DNA of 32,269 nucleotides from a bacterium (lineage in GTDB: Bacteria; Armatimonadota; HRBIN16): assembly GCA_025057335.1 (NCBI GenBank), contig JANWXG010000004.1:1-32269 (forward strand), in the 5' to 3' direction. Below the pieces are notes generated by a model. That model worked only from the letters and a program-made list of their open reading frames with translations. It was not told the DNA's origin and did not search any database. The translations under genes were made by a program, and so were the position numbers. This document shows, one piece after another, positions 24,561-32,269 of the stretch (position 1 is its first letter; each line of letters opens with the position of its first letter).

Positions 24561-25917
24561 ACCGCTCTTGGAGCAACCGCTTTGCCCCTTCTTTGTCGTC
24601 TGGTGCCAGTCTCCCCTCGATGACCTCATTGAGCAGGAACGCCTTACATTCGCCGACCTGCTTACCGGGCGGGATGTTCAGAAGCTGCATAATCTCGTGT
24701 CCGCTTAGGGGGCTGTCCAGTTGTTGCACGTTTTCCCGTGCGGTCAATGTGCGGATGCGCTGCTCCAGAGCGTCGATGTCCGCTTTTGGGTAGGCGGGGT
24801 TGCTTGCAGCGATATCTGCTCGTACCAGCGTGAGCAGTTCACTCAGCAAGTCTCCGGCATCGCGAATCAGTCGTCGCACCGCTGCGTCACTCCAAGTGTA
24901 ATCGTATTCTCCTGGTCGCATGTGCAGGCGCACGAGTTTGACCACTGCTTGGATGACGTCGTTGCTGTAGCGTAGGCGCCGTAGCAGCTCCTCAGCCATC
25001 TGCGCGCCGATGTTCTGGTGTCCGTAGAAGTGCACTCCGCGCTCGTCGACCGTGCGCGTAGCTGGCTTGCCCACATCATGTAGCAGCGCCGCTAGGCGGA
25101 GCACGAGGGAGGCGTTGGAGGGCAACGCCTCTAGTACCTTCAGCGTATGCTCCCAGACGTCGTATAGGTGATACTGATTCTGCTCTACACCATGCATTGC
25201 TGCCAGCTCAGGGGCGAAGTGCTCCAGCAGCCCCGTTTCCCGAAGCAGGCGCAAACCTTTCACTGCATGGGAAGCCTGCAGTATCTTGGTGAACTCGTCT
25301 CGGATGCGTTCCATGCTGATGACACGCAAGCGGTGGGCTGTGCGGCAAATCGCTTCGTAGGTCTTCGGCTCAATATCGAAGTCCAGCTGTGCGGCGAAGC
25401 GTACTGCCCGCATGGCGCGGAGGGGGTCTTCCGTGAAGGTGACCGTGGGGTCTACAGGGGTGCGCAGCAGCCCTGCTCGCAAGTCGTTCAGCCCCATTCC
25501 AGTGAGGTCAAGCAGCTCGCCCGTATGCAGGTTGCGCATCAGAGCATTCACGGTAAAATCGCGACGGAAGGCGTCTTCGCGCAAGGTGGCGGGCTGCACC
25601 TGCACCGGTTTACGGCTGTCAGCGGAGTAGCTCTCGCGCCGGGCGGTCACTATTTCAAACGGTACCCCCTCGATGTGCACCATCGCCGTGCCAAAGCGCG
25701 GGTAGGTGACTGGCAGGTGGTCAGCAGTACCCTGCGCGTGGAGCCAGTGGGCGAGCGCTAGAGCGTCCTCTTCAGTCACGATATCCACATCAGGAGGTAG
25801 GGGGCGCCCCAGCAGCTCGTCGCGCACGACACCACCCACTAGATACAGACGCCCCTCCCATGGGGTGCCGCGAGTGACCTGACGCAGCCTGTCTATAGCA
25901 TGCAGTAGAAGGCTCAC
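24553..25917 (-). CDS. cca: CCA tRNA nucleotidyltransferase / poly(A) polymerase family with HD domain
   Basis: VGGVVRD..DVD, EIVTARRE, DAFRRDFTVNA, EDPLRAMRAVRF, SMERIRDE and HD motif LLHDVGK. Confidence 0.92.
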   Translation of the reverse strand: MSLLLHAIDRLRQVTRGTPWEGRLYLVGGVVRDELLGRPLPPDVDIVTEEDALALAHWLHAQGTADHLPVTYPRFGTAMVHIEGVPFEIVTARRESYSADSRKPVQVQPATLREDAFRRDFTVNALMRNLHTGELLDLTGMGLNDLRAGLLRTPVDPTVTFTEDPLRAMRAVRFAAQLDFDIEPKTYEAICRTAHRLRVISMERIRDEFTKILQASHAVKGLRLLRETGLLEHFAPELAAMHGVEQNQYHLYDVWEHTLKVLEALPSNASLVLRLAALLHDVGKPATRTVDERGVHFYGHQNIGAQMAEELLRRLRYSNDVIQAVVKLVRLHMRPGEYDYTWSDAAVRRLIRDAGDLLSELLTLVRADIAASNPAYPKADIDALEQRIRTLTARENVQQLDSPLSGHEIMQLLNIPPGKQVGECKAFLLNEVIEGRLAPDDKEGAKRLLQERFR

Positions 25918-25939
25918 AACATCGATATTTTACCACTTT

Positions 25940-27703
25940 TCACGGGGCGGAATTCGCGCGGGCCACCCGTATCAGATACCATTCCCTCAACACTGCCTCG
26001 GGTTTCGTTAATACGAAGCGTAGGTGAGTAACGTTATCAGAGAGCGCAATGGGTGGGCGTACTCCGTCTCGAGCTAGAGGCGAGAACGTGTTCCCATCGG
26101 AGGATACCCACAGCTCTACGCCCTCACCATCGTAATGCAGGTAGAGCCGTTCTGCTCCTTCGCGCCAGCCTGGCGCCACTTGCTGCATCTCGTACTGCAG
26201 CCAACCGGTCTGTTTTTGGGGTTGCCATGCGGCGCGATATCCCATCCCCCACAGGTCTGGTTGCCAGACGCGGTGTACCTCTTGCAACTGCGCGGGTGTA
26301 GACTGCACCGTCGCGCGCTCTTGGTAGATGGTTGTGACGCGCGCGGCATCAGCCGAGGAGATGTGCAGCAGAGCGCCACCCCCTGCGGGGAGGGTGAGTA
26401 TCAATTCGCGCTCGCCGGTCGCTGCTCGCTCTCGCGTAGTGAGCGTCTTGCCTGTGAGCAAATCCCGCACCTGTGATGCAGGAGCAACCAGTCGTACGAA
26501 GCCTTGCTGTTCGGTTTGCGTATCATCGTTGACGACTACGACGATGAGGCTACCGTCCTCTGGATCGCGCAGGGTGGACGCCCGCAGAGGAGCGCGTGCC
26601 GAAGCAAAGGCAAAAGCGGGTTCGCATCGCCACAGCAGCGCACGGTGAGGAGCGAGCGCCGCAAAGGTCTCCGCCACCGCAAGCATCTGCGGGGTAGGGG
26701 AACCATTGTTGTAGAGCATCCCACTGCCCGCACCTGTCGGTACCGAGCTGGTTACGCGAGGCCAATCAGCAGGGATGTCGGTACGGTCGCCCTCAGGCGC
26801 GTTGGGCGCTCTGTCGTTCGGCTCTGGGAACAACACGAAGAAAATGACACCCTTCGCCCCTACCATTAGGCTCTGCCAGATTTGCCAGCGGGTTTCTTCT
26901 ACGGTTGGCATGCGCCAGTGCCAATAGGCGCCAGGCTCAATCACCACGTTGCCCTTGCTATCGTAGTGCCACTTCCCCCAGATTTCTGCGAAGATCTGTG
27001 GCATCACCCATACCGCTTTGCCTGTCTCGGCGCCCAAGCGCGCCAGCCGCTCGGTGCAGGAGATGAAATAGGCACGAGACGATTCGGGGGTGTTCGGTCC
27101 GTTGGGCGAGCGAGCGGCGAAATAGGGGTAAATGTCACTGCACAACACGGGTATCCTGGTGTAGTGTGCTGCCGCCTCGATGTCGCGTGTCATGTTGACC
27201 ATGATTGCCGGACGAGACGGGTCGTGCTGTGCAAGAGCGGCGCGCACTTGCTCCATGTGTGTCATCTCCCAGGTTCGCGCTTCGTCTATTAGCACATATG
27301 CCCGCAGCGCCTTCAAGCCGCCTAGCGCTTCTACAGTGTGCTTTGCAGTGCGCTCTGCCCATTCCCGACCGCGCAGGCGACGCCAGTGGTAAATCCATTC
27401 GGGCGTGGCGAAAACCGCTATACCATGCTGCTGCGCTAGCTCGCATACCTTTCGTGTGTCCGCCGTGCTACTATTGATGAGCCAGATGGCGTCCATGGAG
27501 TAGCGCTGCCGCAGGTCACGTAACAGCCTGTCGACGAACTGCCAAGTATCCATCCCCGCTTGGCGTGCTACCCACGACACTCGCTCGAAGGGGAAATATA
27601 CTCCCCTCACGAAGGTCTGCAAATCACTAGGAAGGCTGTTCGCGCGAACGGAGGTGCCCCATAGCAGCAATCCTGTTGCCAAAATACCGCAGACAATGCC
27701 CAC
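25940..27703 (-). CDS. Secreted hypothetical protein, glycoside-hydrolase-like TIM barrel
   Basis: GTG start after GGAGGT; signal peptide ending VRA; YVLIDE, SDIYPYF, VWVMPQ and WQSLMVGAKGVIFF, followed by a beta-sandwich (VVVVND...LTLPAGGGALL). Confidence 0.65.
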   Translation of the reverse strand: MGIVCGILATGLLLWGTSVRANSLPSDLQTFVRGVYFPFERVSWVARQAGMDTWQFVDRLLRDLRQRYSMDAIWLINSSTADTRKVCELAQQHGIAVFATPEWIYHWRRLRGREWAERTAKHTVEALGGLKALRAYVLIDEARTWEMTHMEQVRAALAQHDPSRPAIMVNMTRDIEAAAHYTRIPVLCSDIYPYFAARSPNGPNTPESSRAYFISCTERLARLGAETGKAVWVMPQIFAEIWGKWHYDSKGNVVIEPGAYWHWRMPTVEETRWQIWQSLMVGAKGVIFFVLFPEPNDRAPNAPEGDRTDIPADWPRVTSSVPTGAGSGMLYNNGSPTPQMLAVAETFAALAPHRALLWRCEPAFAFASARAPLRASTLRDPEDGSLIVVVVNDDTQTEQQGFVRLVAPASQVRDLLTGKTLTTRERAATGERELILTLPAGGGALLHISSADAARVTTIYQERATVQSTPAQLQEVHRVWQPDLWGMGYRAAWQPQKQTGWLQYEMQQVAPGWREGAERLYLHYDGEGVELWVSSDGNTFSPLARDGVRPPIALSDNVTHLRFVLTKPEAVLREWYLIRVARANSAP

Positions 27704-27843
27704 TAGTGTTACCTCCAGCTAAAACGGTGTACCTTTTTCTTCGGCAGGATGGCGGGTATCTTCCTTCTGACGACAGCAGAAGACGGCTACTACATCACCG
27801 TCTCACACTGTGACGATTTTCCGCGCCCCTTTTTCAGAGGGAT

Positions 27844-27873
27844 TTGGGCAGGAGAGCACAAATGTGCTACAAT
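27844..27873 (+). promoter_or_regulatory. Putative sigma70 promoter (extended -10) of trm112-like-aroQ-peptidase operon
   Basis: TG-C-TACAAT at 27865-27873 and weak -35 TTGGGC at N18. Confidence 0.55.
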
Positions 27874-27913
27874 AGCTAGAGAAAAGGAAACATGGAGCAG
27901 GAGGCGAGAGACG

Positions 27914-28096
27914 ATGCCCTTGAGCGAGGCGCTACTGCGCATCTTAGCCTGTCCAGTGTGCGACGAACACCCCCCTCTACGCCAGGAAAGCGAGGAGAGC
28001 CTGGTATGCGACCAGTGCCATCGCCGATATCCCATTCGTGATGGGATTATTGACCTGCTCGTAGAGGAAGAAGACGACCAACAACGACCATCTTGA
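27914..28096 (+). CDS. Trm112/YcaR family small zinc-binding protein
   Basis: LLRILACPVC...LVCDQCHRRYPIRDGI. Start at ATG 27914 after GGAGG. Confidence 0.88.
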   Translation: MPLSEALLRILACPVCDEHPPLRQESEESLVCDQCHRRYPIRDGIIDLLVEEEDDQQRPS

Positions 28097-28106
28097 GGAG
28101 GCAACT

Positions 28107-28553
28107 ATGCCAAGAGTGGCAGTTGTGCACGGACCGAACCTGAACATGTTGGGGATCCGAGAGACAGAGGTGTATGGTCACCTGAATCTAGACCAAATCA
28201 ATCAGCGCATTCTGGAAAGGGCGAAATCGCTTGGGATCGAGGTGCGCATCACGCAGTCCAACCACGAGGGCGAGATTATCGAGGCTATCCACGAGGCGTT
28301 GCAGTGGGCGGATGCGCTCATCATTAATCCCGGAGCCTACACGCACTACAGTATCGCCATTCGGGACGCGATTGCCGCAGTACGCCTACCAACAGTAGAA
28401 GTTCATCTCTCCAACATCTACGGACGAGAGGAGTTCCGACGCCATTCGGTTACTGCACCAGTGTCTCATGGTATCATCGCGGGCTTCGGCGTCATGAGCT
28501 ACCTGATGGCTTTGGATGCGGTTAAGTTTATTCTGGAGGAGAGTCGTCGATGA
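28107..28553 (+). CDS. aroQ: Type II 3-dehydroquinate dehydratase
   Basis: HGPNLNMLGIRE..VYG, QSNHEG, INPGAYTHYS, EVHLSN and REEFR. Confidence 0.97.
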   Translation: MPRVAVVHGPNLNMLGIRETEVYGHLNLDQINQRILERAKSLGIEVRITQSNHEGEIIEAIHEALQWADALIINPGAYTHYSIAIRDAIAAVRLPTVEVHLSNIYGREEFRRHSVTAPVSHGIIAGFGVMSYLMALDAVKFILEESRR

Positions 28554-29644
28554 GTCTACGTTTTGCACAACGCCTCGCACGCTTGCGCGCTCGTCTAGAT
28601 GACCCTGCTGTGGAGGCTCTACTCATCACTACACGTCTCAATGTGCGCTACCTGAGCGGTTTTACTGGTAGCGCAGGTTCGCTGTTGATCGGCAGAGACT
28701 TTGCGGTACTGCTGACGGACAGGCGGTACACCTTGCGCGCGCAGCGGGAGGCGTCAGGTTTCGAGGTGGTCGTGCCAGACAATCCCGACGACGACATCCT
28801 CAAAACACAGCTGGAAACGCGCCACCTCCGCAGGGTGGGCTTCGAGGCGAACCACGTAACGGTCAAGACACTGGAGAGCTGGCAGGAAAAGTATCAGGAG
28901 CTCGGCGTCGAGTGGGTGGCAACCGACGGCGTGGTGGAGGAGCTGCGACAGGTGAAAGATGGCGAGGAGATTGCGGCGATTCGTGAGGCTTGTGGCATTG
29001 CGGACGCCGCCTTCCGACACATTCAGCTTTTCATGCAGCCCGAGACAGTGGAGCTGGATGTCGCCATGGAGCTGGATTTCTACATGCGCCGCCAGGGGGC
29101 GCGTCGTGCTGCTTTCGACATCATCGTCGCCTCAGGAGAGAACTCCGCCATGCCCCATGCAGAGACCTCCGAACGGCGCTTCCGCCCTGGCGACTTTGTT
29201 ATCCTGGACTATGGGGCAGAGGTGGACGGCTACTGTTCAGACATCACGCGCACCGTAGTCATCGGCAAAGCCAGCGAAGAGCAGCGACGGATGTACCATA
29301 CCGTGCTAGAGGCGCAACTGCGCGCCATCGAAGCCATCAAGCCCGGGGTCAAGGGCTGCGATGTGGATTCCGTAGCGCGGCAGGTGATTAGCGACGCGGG
29401 CTACGGTGACCACTTCACACATTCGCTGGGGCATAGCCTCGGTCTGAGTGTGCACGACGGCATCGGCTTCGCGCAGAAGTCGGAAGTGGTGCTCGAACCC
29501 GGAATGGTGTTCACTGTGGAGCCTGGTATCTATATCGAGGGCGTCGGGGGCGTGCGCATTGAGGATGACATTCTGGTCACTGAAGAGGGCTGCGAAGTGT
29601 TGACGCACGCTCCGAAGGAGCTGATGGAGTTCGAGGCTCGATAG
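28550..29644 (+). CDS. Xaa-Pro aminopeptidase (M24B, YqhT/PapA-like)
   Basis: [43 protein letters not shown] and GVRIEDD; usual position after aroQ. Confidence 0.93.
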   Translation: MSLRFAQRLARLRARLDDPAVEALLITTRLNVRYLSGFTGSAGSLLIGRDFAVLLTDRRYTLRAQREASGFEVVVPDNPDDDILKTQLETRHLRRVGFEANHVTVKTLESWQEKYQELGVEWVATDGVVEELRQVKDGEEIAAIREACGIADAAFRHIQLFMQPETVELDVAMELDFYMRRQGARRAAFDIIVASGENSAMPHAETSERRFRPGDFVILDYGAEVDGYCSDITRTVVIGKASEEQRRMYHTVLEAQLRAIEAIKPGVKGCDVDSVARQVISDAGYGDHFTHSLGHSLGLSVHDGIGFAQKSEVVLEPGMVFTVEPGIYIEGVGGVRIEDDILVTEEGCEVLTHAPKELMEFEAR

Positions 29645-29727
29645 CGCGCTGTGCTAAGCCGAAAGCAAAGGGTGTAGCGTGATGAGGGGATCGTGCCGAG
29701 CGATGGCGAAGCATCGCTGTGGTCTAG

Positions 29728-29866
29728 CCCTCACCCCCGCCCCACTCCTGTTAGGAGAGGGGAGTAGACCCATCTCCCACTGGGAGAAGGGGATGGGGAA
29801 TGAGAGCTCTTCAGCTTGTAGTGAAGCACGTGAGTGCTTCTCCTAGACAAACAACAGGGACTTCAG
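29728..29866. repeat. REP-like cluster: CCCTCACCCC..CTCC..GGAGAGGGG pair plus a 60-bp GTAG-REP segment
   Basis: CCCTCACCCCCGCCCCACTCCTGTTAGGAGAGGGG (29728-29762), opposite half to 29806, then 29807-29866, which is the reverse complement of 15402-15461 at 55/60 identity. Confidence 0.8.
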
Positions 29867-30013
29867 ATGACACAGACGCGCTGGCGTGCGCACGACGGAC
29901 AGGGGGCGGGAAGCGCCCTCTCTCATCCAAAACAGGAAGCCTTATCCGGGTGCGAGGAGAGAGGCGTTCTGTCGTCCCTCCACAATAGAGACTGTGCGGT
30001 AGGAGGAGGAAAG

Positions 30014-31549
30014 GTGCGTTTCGCGATACGCTTTCTGTTCCTGATGACACTGGCTTGGTGGGGCATTCTTCCTCTCGTTGCCTCCGAAAACCCACCTCGC
30101 TACTGGAGATTAACCATCTTACACACTAACGACACGCATGGCAATCTCTTCCCGTTCCACTACCCCGATCCGCCCGACCCCAACACGCAGGAGGCGCAAC
30201 TGGCGCTACGGCGCGACATCGGTGGGGCGGCGCGCCGCGCGACGCTGGTCGGGAGACTGCGCCAGGCTTTCGGCACGACGTGGCTGGTGGACACGGGCGA
30301 CTTCCATGACGGCACTGCGTTCTCCATTGAGCACCGTGGTCAAGCAGACGTTGCTGTGATGAACGCCATAGGCTACACCATTGCCACGCATGGCAACCAC
30401 GAGTTCAACAACACACGCGCCCAGTGGCAGCAGCTGGTGCAGATGGCGCAGTTTCCCATAGTGTGTGCCAACGTGCTGGATGCCAGCACCAAACAGCCTC
30501 TGCTGAAACCGTATGAGATTCTGCGGGTGGAAGGCGCAAGAGTAGCTGTGTTTGGGTTGGTGACCGAAAGCACACGTGGCTACCCAGCTACGCGCGAAGG
30601 CATAGAGATTACCGACGCCCTCGAGACCGCCCGTCAGCTGGTGCCGCAGCTGCGAGAGCAAGCAGACCTTGTCGTGCTGCTGTCGCATCTCGGCTATGAG
30701 AACGACGTGCGGCTAGCGCGCGAGGTGCCGGGAATCGACGTCATCATCGGAGGGCACTCGCACACACGCCTCGCCAAACCGGAGTTCGTACCTGCAGGCG
30801 AGCTCACCAGCGCCTTCCGCAAAAACGGGACGGTGATTGCACAGGCGTTCCAGTGGGGAGGCGAGCTAGGTAAGCTGGAAGTGCTCCTGCGCCGCGACCC
30901 CAACACGGGCAGATGGACGCCGATGAGCTATCGTGGCGAGCTGATACTGGTGTCGCCAGAGATTCCCGAAGACCCCAACGTGAAGCAAGTGATCGAGCGC
31001 TACTGGAAGCCGCTGAAAGGGTACTACGGCGTGCTGCTAGGCGAGGCAGAAGACGACTTCACCCGCCGCGGCACCGATGATGCCGAATATCACTTCGTAG
31101 CGGACGCTCTACGCGAGATGCTGGGCACGGAGGCTGACCTGCAGAACATGGGCGGTGTGCGCGCGCCCCTGCTGCGAGGCAAGGTCACCCGCTACGACTT
31201 GGCAAAGATGATGCCCTTCGGCAACACTGCAGTGAAGTTCCGCGCAACGGGAGCACAGCTGCGCGAGATTCTGCGCCGCACCCGTCCCGCCGTCTCGGGC
31301 ATCCGCTATCGCTACGAACGCGGAGAGCTGGGGGAGGTGACTGTCAACGGTCAGCCGCTGCAGGATGACCGCGAGTACCTGATTTCCACCAACAGCTACT
31401 TCGCACAGCGGTTCCTGCAACCGATGGGAATTGCGTATGAAGATACGGGGCAGAAAGTGCTCGACCTGGTATCGGAATACGTTCGAAAACACGGACGTGT
31501 CCGTCCCGCCTACGACGGGCGGCGCGTGGTAGACCGTTCGGTGTATTAG
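30014..31549 (+). CDS. Secreted bifunctional metallophosphatase / 5'-nucleotidase (UshA-like)
   Basis: ILHTNDTHG, DTGD, GNHEF, LSHLG, GGHSH and the C-domain NMGGVR..MPFGN. GTG 30014 after AGGAGGAGG, followed by a signal peptide. Confidence 0.93.
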   Translation: MRFAIRFLFLMTLAWWGILPLVASENPPRYWRLTILHTNDTHGNLFPFHYPDPPDPNTQEAQLALRRDIGGAARRATLVGRLRQAFGTTWLVDTGDFHDGTAFSIEHRGQADVAVMNAIGYTIATHGNHEFNNTRAQWQQLVQMAQFPIVCANVLDASTKQPLLKPYEILRVEGARVAVFGLVTESTRGYPATREGIEITDALETARQLVPQLREQADLVVLLSHLGYENDVRLAREVPGIDVIIGGHSHTRLAKPEFVPAGELTSAFRKNGTVIAQAFQWGGELGKLEVLLRRDPNTGRWTPMSYRGELILVSPEIPEDPNVKQVIERYWKPLKGYYGVLLGEAEDDFTRRGTDDAEYHFVADALREMLGTEADLQNMGGVRAPLLRGKVTRYDLAKMMPFGNTAVKFRATGAQLREILRRTRPAVSGIRYRYERGELGEVTVNGQPLQDDREYLISTNSYFAQRFLQPMGIAYEDTGQKVLDLVSEYVRKHGRVRPAYDGRRVVDRSVY

Positions 31550-31563
31550 TGAATCTTCTGTGC

Positions 31564-31955
31564 GGACGCGACGGAGCGTATCCCTCCAAACGGTAACCTG
31601 ACGAATTATCTGGAGGGTCATGCTCCGTCATGACCTTTGTGGACACGACAGAGCGCGTCCCTCCAGTTTGGGCGAGTAGTGCTTTGGAGGGTCACGCTCC
31701 ATTGTGACCCTGTGTGTGGACGCGACGCAGCGCGTCCCTCCAATTTGGGCGAAAGTGGCACTGGAGGGTCACGCTCTGTCGTGACCTCCTGTTCGTAGTG
31801 CAGGCTTCAGCCTGCAAAGAAGCGCACTGAAGTGCGCACTACCAACACAGTTTTTGGAGGGTCACGCTCGGTCGTGACCCCACGCATGGACGCGACGGAG
31901 CGCGTCCCTCCAACGGGAAACATTGCGGGCAGATGCGGCAAAGCGCGTCCCTCCA
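31564..31955. repeat. BIME-like array of alternating inverted 25-bp TGGAGG-footed REPs
   Basis: Type A TGGAGGGTCACGCTCCGTCGTGACC at 31611, 31685, 31762 and 31855. Type B GGACGCGACGGAGCGCGTCCCTCCA at 31564, 31641, 31718, 31888 and 31931 (degenerate). Period about 77 bp. Confidence 0.9.
31795..31842. repeat. GTAG-type REP doublet nested in the array
   Basis: GTAGTGCAGGCTTCAGCCTGC-N6-GCGCACTGAAGTGCGCACTAC; both halves recur at 15605-15626 and 15641-15661. Confidence 0.85.
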
Positions 31956-31965
31956 ATGGGCTGTG

Positions 31966-32109
31966 AGCCCACCATTGAAATGGTGGGCTATGAGGAGAGG
32001 AAAACCTGCCTGCGCAGGTTCTCATCCGCGCAAGCGGATTTCGGCTTCGCATACCTCCCGACTTCAGTTGGTGGGCGACACCCGCCGTCATGGAAGTGGT
32101 GGGCTGTGA
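31966..32109. repeat. Compound multi-hairpin REP-like element
   Basis: Successive hairpins AGCCCACCATTGAAATGGTGGGCT, AACCTGCCTGCGCAGGTT, ATCCGCGCAAGCGGAT and CCGACTTCAGTTGG, then a second GTGGTGGGCTGTGA. Confidence 0.65.
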
Positions 32110-32140
32110 AAAGAGCGTCGCCCCGAGACAATCTGTGCAT

Positions 32141-32165
32141 GGACGCGACAGAGCGCGTCCCTCCA
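32141..32165. repeat. Isolated type B TGGAGG-footed REP
   Basis: GGACGCGACAGAGCGCGTCCCTCCA. Confidence 0.85.
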
Positions 32166-32269
32166 AATGCCCCTGATGGCGGAGGTGACGGAGCGTGTCA
32201 TTTTTGGCTATCCCCTCGCTTTTCTCACCCCCCCGTCGTGGTGGATGGCAGAGCGACTACGGCGCAGTG

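Noticed and set aside
29834-30013. N-terminal 60 codons of the nucleotidase ORF
   Set aside because: Begins inside a repeat; a strong RBS and signal peptide support GTG 30014.
31564-32165. Possible CRISPR array (25-bp repeats, about 77-bp period)
   Set aside because: Repeats alternate in orientation and vary between copies, linkers are short (5-8 and 19-22 nt) and two share TTTGGGCGA, and there is no leader or cas gene. This fits REP/BIME.
31807-32166. 119-aa minus-strand ORF with repeated EGRAL peptides
   Set aside because: Translation of the REP array with no coding evidence.

Overview
A GC-rich bacterial chromosome segment, mostly housekeeping genes. The gene content suggests a Terrabacteria lineage such as Armatimonadota (inference only). 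From left to right: the 5' part of an HTH-WYL regulator (minus strand, runs off the window, missed by the ORF track); mrp/apbC-nfo; a stand-alone L-fucose/L-arabinose isomerase-family gene; a tightly coupled four-gene unit (DHS-like protein, SbcD, SbcC, AbiU2-like HEPN protein); dnaE with a LigB-fold gene that has lost its metal histidines, preceded by a tandem pair of NrdR boxes; a CPBP protease; TPR-yggT-divIVA-CPBP; a partial trp operon (trpE-trpG-M24 peptidase-trpD-trpC); a CCA-adding enzyme; a secreted glycoside-hydrolase-like protein; trm112-like-aroQ-M24 peptidase; and a secreted 5'-nucleotidase. Intergenic regions hold at least four families of REP-like palindromes, including a BIME-like array of TGGAGG-footed hairpins with compensatory base changes at the right end. 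I saw no rRNA, tRNA, transposase or true CRISPR array. The best candidates for new biology are the SbcCD-HEPN unit, NrdR control of dnaE, the orphan catalytically dead LigB-fold protein and the REP mosaics. All family assignments come from motif recognition by eye; no database searches were run.
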